NCBI GenBank assembly: GCA_951406725.2
Contig: OX597822.1
Coordinates: 8,928,001-8,992,000 of the forward strand
Reading direction: 5' to 3'
DNA length: 64,000 bases
Source: Octopus vulgaris
Lineage: Eukaryota
In this document: positions 42,453-55,365 of the stretch, in pieces
Layout: every line of letters starts with the position of its first letter
Position numbering within the stretch: position 1 is the first letter of the stretch
Notes under the pieces: model-generated
The model's input: only the letters and a program-made list of their open reading frames with translations
What the model was told of the DNA's origin: nothing
Database searches by the model: none
Program-made: the position numbers and the translations under genes

Positions 42453-45164
42453 TTACTGTACAGAAGACCTACACTATACGTATAATGTGTACAACCATTT
42501 GGAGAACAGGCAGTTCGTTTTAGCTTAGGATATAGAGATAAAGAAAACAACTTTCATCTCTGTCCATGTTGGAAATTTCTTACTACGTTATTGAAACTGC
42601 AGAACACTGAAGAATACGCTTGGCCGCATTTACTTACATCGTTGTACATTCCAATAATTAAAATATTAATGCTAGCTACTAATGTAGCATAAATTGAGTT
42701 TTAATAATTATTATAAAAATTACGTTATATATTTCTATAGTATTGCAGTCATGAAGGAAATTTTACGATTGGCATTTTTTGAAATTTACATACAGGTGCA
42801 AAATTTTTACTATTTTCCTGCTTATATTGGACTGATGTCTATCATAGACTTATGTCTATCCGATTATTCTGCCAGTGTTCGATTATGTTCCTAAACCTTT
42901 AACAAATTTTACAACACATTCTTCTTTACATATCAAAGGTAAAACATACACCTGTATTTAAATACATTGTCGCAGTGGACGGAGTATATTAACTGCCCCT
43001 CCCCTCATAGCTGGTGATTCTAAAAAAAGAAACCATAAGCGCGCACAGGCATAGAATGGTCGTGACAGTAAGTTGAACACGCAAACACCAAATGTTATGG
43101 AGAAGCAATGCTTGGGAAGAGATGGAAATAATGAGAGAGAGGGAGAGAGTGGAGTGGATGGTGTTTGTGTATGTGACAATAGGGGAAAAATCAGAACGGA
43201 AAACGGATTTGAAAGAAGAGGGAAAAGAGAAGGGGTGCAAATAAGCGGAAAAGAACTGAAAGTCCCAGATTGACCGAGAGAGGAAGGATAAAGAAGACAA
43301 CGAAAGATATAAGAAATATAACTACAAAATATAGGAGATAAAAAGAGAGAGAGAGAGAGAAACATATAGACAGACAAGGAGGAAGGAAGGGAAACACTAG
43401 AAGCAACAAAGCTTTCAACGAGTCGCAGTAATGAAGGTAAAATACTTAAAGACAAAGGGGAGATAATCATTTTACATGAACGAAAGGAGACAGGAAGATG
43501 GACATACACAAAATCAATATATATTTGTGTGTGTGTATGAGAGAGAGAGATAGAGAGAGAGAGAAAGAGAGAGAGAGTAGGAGTTTGTGTATGGTCATCT
43601 TCCCCTCTCCTTTTGTTTTTGTACAACAATTACCTTTCCTTTCTCTTCATTCTACCCGCCTGTCTGTTATGAGCATATATGCGTGTGTAGGTGTGTATAT
43701 GTTCGAAATTAATTCAATATTCCTCAGGCAATTGTCTTAGAAATAATATAAATACTATATATGATGTGTCGGTAATAGACTATACATTCAATTTCGCTTC
43801 ATATTTATCAGTGAAACGTCTTAAAACTAATACAGTCATGTCAACACTGTGTGAATAATACATTAGGCTTTCGCTTTTGTTCTATAGTTAAGGAACCGTT
43901 TACTTAAATCGTTAAGTACGTACACTGTCGCAGGATAATATTACAGACTATTTTATGTATTTTATATTACTATTGCATCATTATAAGCGTGTCATCTATG
44001 CTAATTTATCTTATAATTTATAAATACGCATCATCAGTAAAATTGCAATGTAGTACACACGGGTTACATCATAAGTTATTTGTCAGTTGATTTGAAATAC
44101 TTGAATTATATCCTGAAATGTTTCGTTAGAATGATGCAGTGAGAAACAAATTACTGAAATTACCTATGGTGTTTGATTTGACATGAACTATGAGTGGACG
44201 AATTAAATATTAATTTCCACATCACGAGCAGTGTAACAAAATTGGGAGAGCGGGTACGATTCATAATAGGGCCCCCAGTATTTAAATGGTACAGTGATGT
44301 TTTGACCGAATCCCAGGAAGTAGGAGAGGCTGAGCTCACCATACCAAGACTCGAAATTTCAAAAAAAAAAATAAAAGCAAATGTAGATAAAGAAGCATAT
44401 TTTTTTATGAAGCGTTAAATAGGGAGAGATAGATCTTCCAGCTGCTAGTAAGTCAACCAATCAAAAGCAACTTTTCAGAGAGCTAGGATCAAACATAGCA
44501 ATCTATGCTAATAGAAAATTGTTGAGTTTAACGGAACTGTCAATTGTTACAACATTTTACTTTTTGAGTCACATTATACATACCTATGGTTGGAAAGATC
44601 GACTGAGACCTGGGAAACTACGTTTTCTAGTCATTAATACAATGCTGGTACGCTGGATCTGAATGAAACCCGAAATCTTCTGGAAAATATACGATAAATT
44701 ATCAGTTCTTGAATTCTATCGATCACGGCAGTTTTATTGACATTTCCGGAAGACAAAACACATGTAAATTGACATTTCCATGTTGTAAACCACATGTTTA
44801 AGACATGCTAACAATCAATAATAATTTGACTGGCTATCAGCCAACTTTTCTACAATGTCCGCTCTCGGTTTACAGAAATAAAGGGTAGACTGGATAATGT
44901 ATTCATAGAAATATTAAACCTGAAAAAAGATGACATAGTTACGGCTACATTGCTTTTCACCATACGTGTACGTCATTAGGGATAACCTGGGCTAATCAAC
45001 AAAAACATACCTAGGTCTTTTGAAAGTACTTTAGCTTCAACATCTAGATATAACACAGGTCATGTCCTCTTTGACAATATACTTTATTTTGAAATCTAAG
45101 AACGTTTTCAATGACATTATCAACATTATTCAGTTCTATATCTGAGAGATGAGGAATTATGTAC

Positions 45165-45418
45165 GTTATTTTACATTATTTACATTTGACGGGTATTTGT
45201 CCTCATTTTGTTTGTTGTTAACACAGCGTTTCGGCTAAAATACTCTCCAGCCTTCATCGGGTGTCTTTGAGAAATTTCGAACCTGGGTTCTCATTCCTAA
45301 GGTATTTTTCGATGTTATTATTATCACTATTATTGTTATTATTACTATTATTCAGGTCACTGCCAGGAATCGAACTCGGAATCATGGGGTCAGTAGCCCA
45401 CGCTCTACTACTATGCCC
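45165..45418 (-). mobile_element. Left arm of palindromic element: tRNA-like head + (AAT)n + hammerhead-containing body (mutated HHR at 45220-45265)
   Basis: Minus strand gggcatag...GAGTTCGATTCC...gtgacctgaataa, (AAT)n, catcgaaaaataccttag...GACAC CCGATGA A GGCTG..TAGCC GAAACGCT GTGTT. Confidence 0.8.
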
Positions 45419-45420
45419 GT

Positions 45421-45499
45421 GGGCATATGGCATAGTGGTTAAGAGACCGGGCTACCAGCCCAAGATTCCGATTTCGATTCCAGGCAGTGACCTGAATAA
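45421..45499 (+). mobile_element. Right-arm tRNA-like head of the palindromic element
   Basis: A box TGGCATAGTGG and B-box-like GATTTCGATTCC; reverse complement of 45348-45418. Confidence 0.8.
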
Positions 45500-45509
45500 A
45501 AATATTTTT

Positions 45510-45737
45510 ATTCTTTACTTGTTTCAATCATTTGACTGCGGCCATGCTGGGGCACCACATTTTAGTCGAGGAAGTCGACCCCCAGGAATTATTCTTTGTA
45601 AGCCTAGTACTTACTCTATCGGTCACCTTTTGCCGAACCGCAAAGTTACGGGGATGTAAAGACACCAGCATCGGTTTATCAAACGATGCTGGGTGACAAA
45701 TACAGACACACAAACATACACACATGCACACACAAAG

Positions 45738-45812
<75 letters not shown>

Positions 45813-45961
45813 ACAAGATTCTTTCAGTTTCCATCTACCAAATCCACTCACAAGGCTTTGAACGACCCGAGGCTATAGTAGAAGACACTTGCCCAAGGGA
45901 CTGAAACCAGAACCATGTGGTTGGTAAGCAAGCTATTTAGCACAGAGCCACTTCTGCGCCC
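45510..45961 (-). mobile_element. SINE family A (nested insertion)
   Basis: Colinear with the other family A copies. Confidence 0.88.
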
Positions 45962-46021
<60 letters not shown>

Positions 46022-46022
<1 letters not shown>

Positions 46023-47413
46023 TTATGGCTAACATAAATTTGTTGGCCATAAATTCGTTAGCAGTACCAGTTGTTCTTTATAGCTTCAATGTGCTTAACT
46101 GGAATACCAGTGAAATAATGCAAATTGACAGAAACATCCAGAAGCTACTGACTTGTAATAAGATGCACCATCCAAAGGCAGACGTGGATCGCCTTTACCT
46201 TCCCAGAGCTCAGGGAGGTCGAGGTTTGATCCAGCTTGAACTTACAAACAAAACCACCACAATAGGACTGGCCAAATACCTTGAAGTAACCGACGTTTGG
46301 ATGCTAAAACTTGTTGAAAAGCATGAAAGTCTGAAAAAGACTTCACTCTATTCTCAAAGAGAGCAAAAAATTCGCTGCTGATCTCTTAGATACCCACCAG
46401 ATTGATCAGGCTGAAGGAAATGCGCCAACTGCAGCTGCAAAGAAAATAAAATTAATTGCAAAGACAAAAACACATGAAAATTTAGCTAGCAGATAGGAAC
46501 AGAAACCTCTCCATGGCAAGTATGTGGCCCGTAGCAAGCAAGCTGATGTCTACCAGAAATACACGCACCAATGGTTACGAAGCTCCGGGCTAAAAGCAGA
46601 GAGTGAAGGTTTCATATTAGCTGCTCAAAGCCAAAGCTTATTAACCCGGAACTACCATGCCAATGTGATAAAAAATGGAGCTGATCCAAAATGCCGATTC
46701 TACAACGATGAGATTGAAACAATAGACCACCTAATCTCAAGGTGTAAAGTCTTAGCACCTGCAGAATATAAAGCAAGACATGACAGAGTCGGCCAGTATT
46801 TACATTGGACAATATGTCGGCATTATAAAAACCAAAACCGTTGAAAAATGGTATAAACACCATCCTGAAGCTGTGACTGGGGGAGAAAATGTGTCGATTC
46901 TATGGGACTTCCCCGTACAGACCGACAAGACTATAAAAGCTAATAAACCGGATATTATTATAAAAGATCAGACAAAAAATATATGTTTATTAATTGACAT
47001 GAGTATCCCTTGCGATCACAATATAGCAGCTAAAGAATTTGACAAGATTAGTAAATATAAAGACCTGCTAATAGAAAAAATCTCAAGGCGACTACAGTAC
47101 CAGTGATTGTAGGATCTCTAGGAATGATAAATAAAAAGGTACTGAAACCTATTTTAAACTGATTCCAGGCTTACCATCCCCACAGGAAGTGCAAAAAATC
47201 GTATTAACTGGAACGGTTCATGTACTGAGAAGAGCATTATCGCTGTGAAAACAACATCCGTCCATGAATTTATTTATTTATTAATTCTTAAATACATATT
47301 TCATCTGTGAATTTGCGTGTATAATCTGGGAATGCATACAATGAGCTTCTCTGTCCTAGGTGTATAAAAAGCACTCGGCGAGAAAAGGAAGAAAATTTGA
47401 AGAAGGAAAAAAC
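46022..47413 (+). mobile_element. 5'-truncated R4/Dong-like LINE (RT C-terminus, zinc knuckle, REL endonuclease, 3' UTR), frameshifted
   Basis: AINSLAVPVVLYSF..HPKADVDRLYLPRAQGGRGL; AESEGFILAAQ..KCRFY..ETIDHLISRC..RHDRV; WDFPVQTD..ANKPDIII..LLIDMSIP..KISKYKDL; (TAA)n on both sides. Confidence 0.92.
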
Positions 47414-47501
<88 letters not shown>

Positions 47502-47533
47502 TAATTATAATAATGATAATGATAATAATAATA

Positions 47534-47609
<76 letters not shown>

Positions 47610-47611
<2 letters not shown>

Positions 47612-47758
47612 TCGAAAAATACCTTAGCAAAGAGAACCCAGGTCCGAAATTTCCCCAAGACACCTGATGAAGGCTGAAAGGTATATCAGCCGAAACGTTG
47701 TGTTAACAACAAACAAGATGAGGACAAATATCTGTCAAATGTAAATAATGTAAATAAC
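47610..47758 (+). mobile_element. Right-arm body of the palindromic tRNA-head/hammerhead element
   Basis: Reverse complement of 45165-45314. Confidence 0.85.
47659..47704 (+). ncRNA. Minimal type I hammerhead ribozyme motif
   Basis: Stem I GACAC/GTGTT; core CTGATGA plus one extra A; stem II GGCTG(A)/(T)CAGCC; GAAA; self-complementary AACGTT in place of stem III; GUU triplet with predicted cut after 47699. Confidence 0.8.
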
Positions 47759-48436
47759 AAAACAATATTGTATAGAAGCTTAATTCCATCGTTTGCATTG
47801 ATTGCGTACATAGAAATCTAAATTAAGCAAGTAAAGGAGAAGGTACTACTAACTACATAGTCCTGAATACATAATTAGCATTATGTCTTGAAAGAACTAA
47901 ACTACAGTCGCCAAAGTGAAGAAAAGGCTAAATATTAATACACATGTTTATTGATACTAACAGATATAATATTAACAATATAATATGATTAGAACAATAA
48001 TGATATTATTATGAATTATCAATTAATTTCAGTAAGCTTCTATGGTTTGAGACTAGTCATACAATTCTGAAATTATATTTAGCAAGAGTTTCGTTCATGC
48101 CACAAAAGGAAGAGGGAAAACTAAAATGCCTGACGTGATTAAAATAATTCGTGTGTAAATGTTCCATTCATATCGGTGCTGTGTTTATTTCCACCTGCAA
48201 ATGCGTATAAGAATATGCCAGTGTAAGAAATCAAATAACGATAGAAGTCACTCTACCCGAAGCAGAATTAGAAGAAAAAAAAAGGCATCTCAAGTCATAA
48301 TGTTTCTGGCACCTTAAGTGTATTTTCCACCAGTGCATCTATTTGATAAAGTTTTAGGCTAAATGTAACGATCATAGAATATGAAAAAACAACAAGAGGA
48401 AAAATTACTGCATTGCACTTGTATAAATATATAAAG

Positions 48437-48491
<55 letters not shown>

Positions 48492-48552
48492 GGTCCCGGG
48501 TTGATTATAACCACAGTAAGTAAGGTACTCAATACATAGCAGAGTAAAATTA

Positions 48553-48667
48553 ATTTATTATATAGAAGGAGCTTCTACAGGACTAGTACTGTTTCATTCA
48601 AGAGAAATCTTCCTGAAGATTTCTCTTGAATGAAACAGTACTAGTCCTGTAAAGCTCCTTCTATATA

Positions 48668-48673
<6 letters not shown>
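48553..48673. repeat. Near-perfect 60-bp-arm fold-back between (TA)n tracts
   Basis: 48553-48612 is the reverse complement of 48615-48673 with one indel; 2-nt spacer. Confidence 0.95.
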
Positions 48674-48741
<68 letters not shown>

Positions 48742-48777
48742 TCACAGAAACACATACATACATACATACATACATCC

Positions 48778-48827
<50 letters not shown>

Positions 48828-50219
48828 GCTTTTGATTACAAACATGGCAATTATGGAGCATTATACATATTTTTATCGTATAAACAATTTTTTCCATGTT
48901 AGGCGTAGCATTTTGGCGGAATGAATTGAGTCGTTAGGAAAGTGTTCACTGCCATACTATGTGTTGTTGTTAATGATATTGTTGTTGCTGTTGTTGCCGG
49001 GGCTGTTTTGAAAGTCTAGCTGTTCTTTGTTTACCTTTTGTTGTTATTTTTTTTTTGTTTATTTTAAGTATGTGGTCCATTTCGGTTTCTGTTGCCTGAG
49101 AAAACTTTCTTAAAAATATAACTAAGTGAAATTTATTGCTAATTAGCTTTGAAACCTACTACTATTAAAATGTTTGTTGTTTGATTTCTTGTTTTTCTTT
49201 TCCTTTCTCTTTAGTTATTCAGCTCTGTCCAAACTCTTTTGAAGTTTGTTCCAGCAAATTAATTTTCTAAAGAGATGATACGACAAATTCTCTATTAAAG
49301 CATCTTTCTTTTTTCAATTCTTCTTTTCTTACTTTTACATCCATTTCAGAGAAAATCTGATAATTTTCACTTTGATGGTTGGCAATTTTCTATCTCTAAC
49401 TTGAAGCCAACGACTTCTTGTGTTGGTTTCTTCTTTCTTCCTTCACTTTTTTTGTATTCACTCTTAATAAACTATTTACATCCTAACTAGTTACCAAAAG
49501 TTCTGTGATTGATTAATTTTGCTTGCTTTATTTTATGTGGGATTTATTTATTTAATTAACTGGGAAGGTTTTTTTTTTCTATCTATCTATGATAACTTAT
49601 TTAAAAGTTTTCCGTATTACTTGTTTTGCATTGAAGATTTTGGTTGTATGTGTGTAATATTAATTATTTTGTTAAGTATTATGTAGGCAGAAGTTCCAAG
49701 TACTGCAATATGAATACTGAATGTGTCTCCTTTAATAAAACTTACTTTATATCGCCTTTCAGCTTCATACCAATTTCTCACTATATTGTTTGATCTGTTT
49801 TCACGTTCCTTCAGATATTTTCGTCAATATGTGAACAATAAATGACACTATATTGCTAATAATGATAGTTCTTCATGATGCGTAGCTTCTATAACGGACA
49901 ACACAACAGCTTCTATAAACACTCTTCAAAGCGAATCTATTAATTCATGTTTTTAGTCATTCACTTTTGCCTAAGTGCATCCCATCATGCACTGATGGGT
50001 TTATTCAGTCCGACAAACTGGTTTTCTGTAGTCTGTAAGTCTACAATGTTATATTCTTGACTTTATTTCTTTTCTTTTTGTATTTTCGTTTGCGAGGAAT
50101 ACATTCTTTTCATCAAAACTTGCTTTTAAATTAAACTGAAGTTTCTGGTAGCTGTTCACTATCATCATCATCATCGTCATCATCGTCAACAACTTATTAT
50201 CATCATCGCCATTAATGTA

Positions 50220-50470
50220 AGGAGGTAAGCTGGCAAGAAACGTTGGCACGCCGGGCGAAATGCTTTGAGGTATTTCGTCTGCCGTTACGTTCTGAGTTCA
50301 AATTCCGCCGAGGTCGACTTTGCCTTTCATCCATTCAAGGTCGATAATACAAGTGTCAGTTGAGCATAAAATAAGTACCAATCGATAAAAGGATTAGAAG
50401 CAGTTGAGGAAGCGATGTAATCTATTTAACTCTTTTCCTCAAACTTCCTGGTCTAGTACCAACATTTGAA
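50220..50470 (+). mobile_element. SINE family D
   Basis: ctggcaagaaacgttggcacgccgggcgaaatgct...gagttcaaattccgccgaggtcgactttgcc. Confidence 0.85.
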
Positions 50471-50484
50471 ATTATCATCATCAT

Positions 50485-50485
<1 letters not shown>

Positions 50486-50529
<44 letters not shown>

Positions 50530-50657
50530 CAGCAGTAGTATCAGCAGCAGTAGCAGTAGTATCAGCAGCAGCAGTAGTAGAAATAGTAGTAGTAGTAGCA
50601 ACAGCAGCAGCAGCAGTAGTAGTAGTAATAGTAGCAACAGCAGCAGCAGCAGTAGTA

Positions 50658-50688
<31 letters not shown>

Positions 50689-50739
50689 CAGTAGTATCAG
50701 CAGCAGCAGTAGTAGAAGTAGTAGTAGTAGTAGTAGAAA

Positions 50740-50790
<51 letters not shown>

Positions 50791-50859
50791 CAGCAGCAGC
50801 AACAGCCGCAGTAGTAGTAGTGGTAGTAGTAGTAGTAGCAATAGCAGCAGCAGCAGTAA

Positions 50860-50898
<39 letters not shown>

Positions 50899-50942
50899 CA
50901 GCAGCAGCAGCAGCAGTGGTAGTAGTACTAGTAGTAGTAGTA
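50486..50942. repeat. (AGT)/(AGC) compound microsatellite
   Basis: Directly visible. Confidence 0.95.
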
Positions 50943-51952
50943 TAACCTCCCTTTCACAGCAACGACAGCAGCAGCAGCAGCAGCGATGTTGTCATCGTTG
51001 TCATCGTCCTCTGCAACATCACCATCATCGTCTCAGTTATCGCTGTTGTAGTTATCATCATCAACATTTAAGGGAACTTTATCGATATTGCTTTTATAGT
51101 TGTTCTTTGTTTGTGGCAGTGGTTCTGGTAGTGGTAGCGGTGGTACTGCTGCACTATCAGTGCTGTCGGTGGCATCTAAATATGACTTGGTAGCGTGACT
51201 TATGCTTAGCATCTATAAAATTAAATATCATCACATGTCTCAACTTGCTTTCTGGTTTTTTCTTTCTCTCCATTCTTCGCTACAAATTTCTTTAAGTGTG
51301 TTTTAAACATTTATACTTAAGTGGCTTTTTAACTACACCACGCTCGATATTCTTTGATTGGACTTCCGTGAATCGCAACACTTTGGCACCGTTTCTTTAT
51401 GCGTTAATATATAAAAGCAATCGTTAGTTTTGACTGCATTGTGGGAAGCCTTTTAAAATAATCATTTTCAGTTTTGATTTTTTTTTTCTTTTTAACTCTA
51501 GTTATGTAGAAGTTATGAGGTGGACATTCATAGTTAATGAAATCTGCACTTTACTCTAACCGTATAAATCACGTTAACAAAAGTTATTGTATCATTAATA
51601 GATGGAATAAAATACGGAATAAAATACACAACACCATTGATTTTCAAAGGAGGTACATTAACGAATAACATTTCTATCAATTAAGAAAGTTTTGGTTTGG
51701 TATCCACGTAGGTGAGAGTGCGAAAAGTTTAAAATGTCGTGAGTTGTTAGAAGAAATACCAGTACGCTATAAAGAAGGAAATTAGTAGTGTTATAATGCA
51801 GGCAAAGGAGTCTATTATTTTAGTTTAAATAAAGGGGTGAAGAGGCAACAATAAGTGCAAGTGCACTAAACTGAATGCGTGTCAATTTTTAATTACATCA
51901 TTAAGGTTTTCAAAACGGGGAGAAGTTCCAACGGGGGCAGAGCTTCGAGAAA

Positions 51953-52346
51953 TCTTTATATATAAAAGTGAGGTTGTGTGCTGTCTGTCTCCACCGATTT
52001 AGATTCCTAACTACTCCCACATTTTGCGGTGCAGTTTAACCCAAACCGGGTATCTTATAGTCGTGATTCATATCGAGCCCTTCTGGGTATTAGCGCGCGT
52101 CTACGATGAGTCTACGATTTTTAAAAAATTACCATAAATTTTTCCCATGTTTTATGCATTTTTGGCATATATAAGGGAAGTAACTCTTTAAAAATTTATT
52201 ATTAAATCTCAGAACGTAAAAAGCTACAGTACTCCCCCCCCCTTGTGGTTAGCCATATTGAGATGGCTATTATACTTTACATCTCTAAAAATGCTTATAT
52301 AGTTATTTCCCTTACAAACCCGAGCAACGCCGGGCGATACTGCTAG
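51953..52346 (+). mobile_element. Non-autonomous Helitron-like element
   Basis: A|TCTTTATATATAAAAG start; subterminal hairpin cccgagcaacgccggg; CTAG|T end; no TSD seen. Confidence 0.8.
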
Positions 52347-52385
52347 TGAAATATATAAAGAGAACGATCTTACTTATTTGTACTT

Positions 52386-52810
52386 GTGGCGACATTCACC
52401 CTGGGTGGGTTGAGTCGGCTTCTTCTGCTTGGAAGAAGTTTCGTGGGAATATGTGGATTTCACAAGCGGTCCCCAACAATCCCGCATGTAGAGACATCCT
52501 GTTTGCCGCAGATTGCCGCAGATTGTCCGCAGACGCAGGGACAGAACGACCGAAGAGCCGCCGGTTGCCGAAACAGACACTCCGAGGATTTTCACCAGAG
52601 CCCCATCTGCCGATTTGAGGCCCTAATACCACTCAGTGTCAAGACCAATCCGCCTTGGGTGGCCCTACCAGCAAGCGAAGTTCCCGGCGGCATAGCTCTG
52701 ACACGACCCGTTGCCAGCGTCCCCACCACAGTGAGGAGGGGATGGACTTTGGGGACGTAAAGTGATAGATCATCGGTCGTTGTCTTTTCTCTCTCCCTCG
52801 ATGAAGTCGG
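52386..52810 (-). mobile_element. GC-rich segment resembling an RTE-clade LINE 5' UTR
   Basis: Minus strand gagctatgccgccggga...ctggtagggccacccaaggc resembles RTE-type leaders as I recall them; GC-rich relative to flanks. Not verified by search. Confidence 0.45.
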
Positions 52811-53144
52811 TAGACTGAACATGAGAAATATTTAGCGGTCGATTCTATCAATATGTCTATCCTCAGCAATGCGTTGTTTTGAGAGTATGTTGAGAATCAA
52901 TATTTCATTTTAAATAAACGGAGCAATAAATACAAAAAACAACGTGATTAAGGCGATGACAAATATTATTACAACGTAATCTGGATGAATGAATCACAGT
53001 ATTGAAGTAGTTATGTTCTAGTACTGTTTAGTCTATCTTGTATTCGCTGCACTAAAAGATATTCTCATCAATAGAAAATCCTGTCTTTTAATATGGTTGA
53101 GATAGAGCAAAACAAATGATAATATAAAGAGAATGAGAGAGAGT

Positions 53145-53193
<49 letters not shown>

Positions 53194-54392
53194 CAGAGGT
53201 AATCGTTGGAGATGCTTGTACCATTACATTAGCAATTGCGTGTGGGAGTGTTGAATCATCTACGAGCTACAGCTTAGCTATTTGAGAAGATACTCGCAAG
53301 AGCCTCATCCCTTGAACAACAGGAGTAAGTGTTTAATGAAAGACCATCTTGCCTACCCTCAAAACTTCATTTACCTGAACTCACGACCTTTTTTCTGGCA
53401 AAACATGATATCATTGTGTTACCTCGAACGATAAGTCTATTGTATTACTATTTAGTATTAGTTTTCACAACTTGTCGGAAGTGAGTCACTTCCGGTTTGT
53501 ATCTGGGATCGAGGTTGTTGTGTTTGCAGAAAAAGGGATGGAGTCCCTTTTTTGTCCGTCTATATCTCAGAAAACCTGCTGTCATCCCTAAATGTTCTTC
53601 TTCTTTGGTTATTTCTTGTTACTGCGAACGTGCCTTTGTACCAGTGTGACCAATTTTCTGCTGCTTCTAGAATGATGAACCGACAAAGTTTTTGTAAGAT
53701 AATTTAAATATATTGTTTTCCTTAGATAATGATGTGTAGATAATTGTATATCCATGGGTGAAAGTGTTTCAGTATATGCAACATTTTTTCCTCATACGGT
53801 ACTTTTCGCCCGCATCTGTCAGTCATAATAAATATGTTGAATGTATTTTGTAATCAAACTTTGTTACAAGAAAGTTGTACACCAGGAAGTCACATGACTT
53901 TTGTATTTAATTTTGTCATTTTTTTTAACTTTCTTATTTTGAAGTCTACCGCACACTTACCATCCACGTGGTACACCTGCATGGTGTTACGTACGGGTAC
54001 AAAATAAGTGGCCTCAAAAGTTTTAAACCATTGTTCGACTTTGTTATCACAGTGATGATTGTGACCTCGCTTACCTAGATTTCTACACGAAGCAGCAACA
54101 CATTGTATACACAAAACCTTCACACAATCTACTATATTCGCTTTTAAAACTTTCCCTGAGGGAAATAGAAGCAACAAAGGGAGAAGAAGTATGCGAAAGT
54201 ATCTCACACTCTTAGAAAACATACTTCGTTTGAGAAAAATAGAGCACTGTCACGATTAATAAGACTACTTGTATTCATAATGCCTTACCTTACAACAAAA
54301 AACGAAAATTCTCTCTGATGAAATGGCAACCCTGAAAAACTAAATTCCACTTTACCTCATTTCATAACTTCCGAACTCATTAACTTTTCAAT

Positions 54393-54394
<2 letters not shown>

Positions 54395-54476
<82 letters not shown>

Positions 54477-54541
54477 ACACACACACACACAAACATACAC
54501 ACATAAACACACACACAAACATACACACATAAACACACACA

Positions 54542-54637
<96 letters not shown>

Positions 54638-54655
54638 TACACACAAACACACACA

Positions 54656-54705
<50 letters not shown>
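54395..54705. repeat. (CA)n microsatellite, ~310 bp
   Basis: Directly visible. Confidence 0.97.
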
Positions 54706-54711
<6 letters not shown>

Positions 54712-55007
54712 GTAATAACGAAAATGACTTGTGGATAGAAATGTTTAGACTTTACCATTGTATTGCAACATACGTTTCTGTAGCCACTCATATTAATTTA
54801 TGAGGACATGTTCACATCGATAAGATATCATTAACTATTGTTTATAATATATGTGAACTTTGAGTATTCCTCCATTCTATGTGTGCGTTTCCTCAGGTCT
54901 TTTACATTAATACTCCGGAAAGTGAAAATAACAGCTGACAAACGATAACAAGAAACATAAAAGTTCTTATGTGCGCTCTCTGAGGCATAAAACAATATAT
55001 ATATATT

Positions 55008-55278
<271 letters not shown>

Positions 55279-55327
55279 AAACAAGTAAAAAATAGAAAAT
55301 GCTAAAATAATTTTATAGTGAACATTT

Positions 55328-55365
55328 CAGTACCGGTTTCGGTCATTTTGAGACCTTTTCAACTG
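55328..55365 (-). ncRNA. Minimal type I hammerhead, U3-A8 core variant
   Basis: CAG TTGAAAA GGTC TCAAAAT GACC GAAA CCGG TA CTG: stem I CAG/CTG, stem II GGTC/GACC, palindromic ACCGGT, GUA triplet. Confidence 0.75.

Noticed and set aside
42958-43629. 223-aa minus-strand ORF
   Set aside because: Arises from a purine-rich GA/AAG low-complexity tract that lacks stops on the pyrimidine strand; no motif seen.
44194-44418. ORF with a protein-like stretch (WYSDVLTESQEVGEAELTIPRLE), possible host exon
   Set aside because: No recognisable domain and no convincing splice-site pair; cannot be supported without RNA-seq or a homology search.
45348-45499. Possible pair of real tRNA genes
   Set aside because: A/B boxes are present but I cannot form a proper acceptor stem, and the sequence continues into a repeat body. 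Treated as tRNA-derived heads, as are the other SINE heads.
50422-50945. Poly-Val/Ala and poly-Leu ORFs resembling membrane or structural proteins
   Set aside because: Entirely (AGT)/(AGC) repeat with no flanking coding signal.
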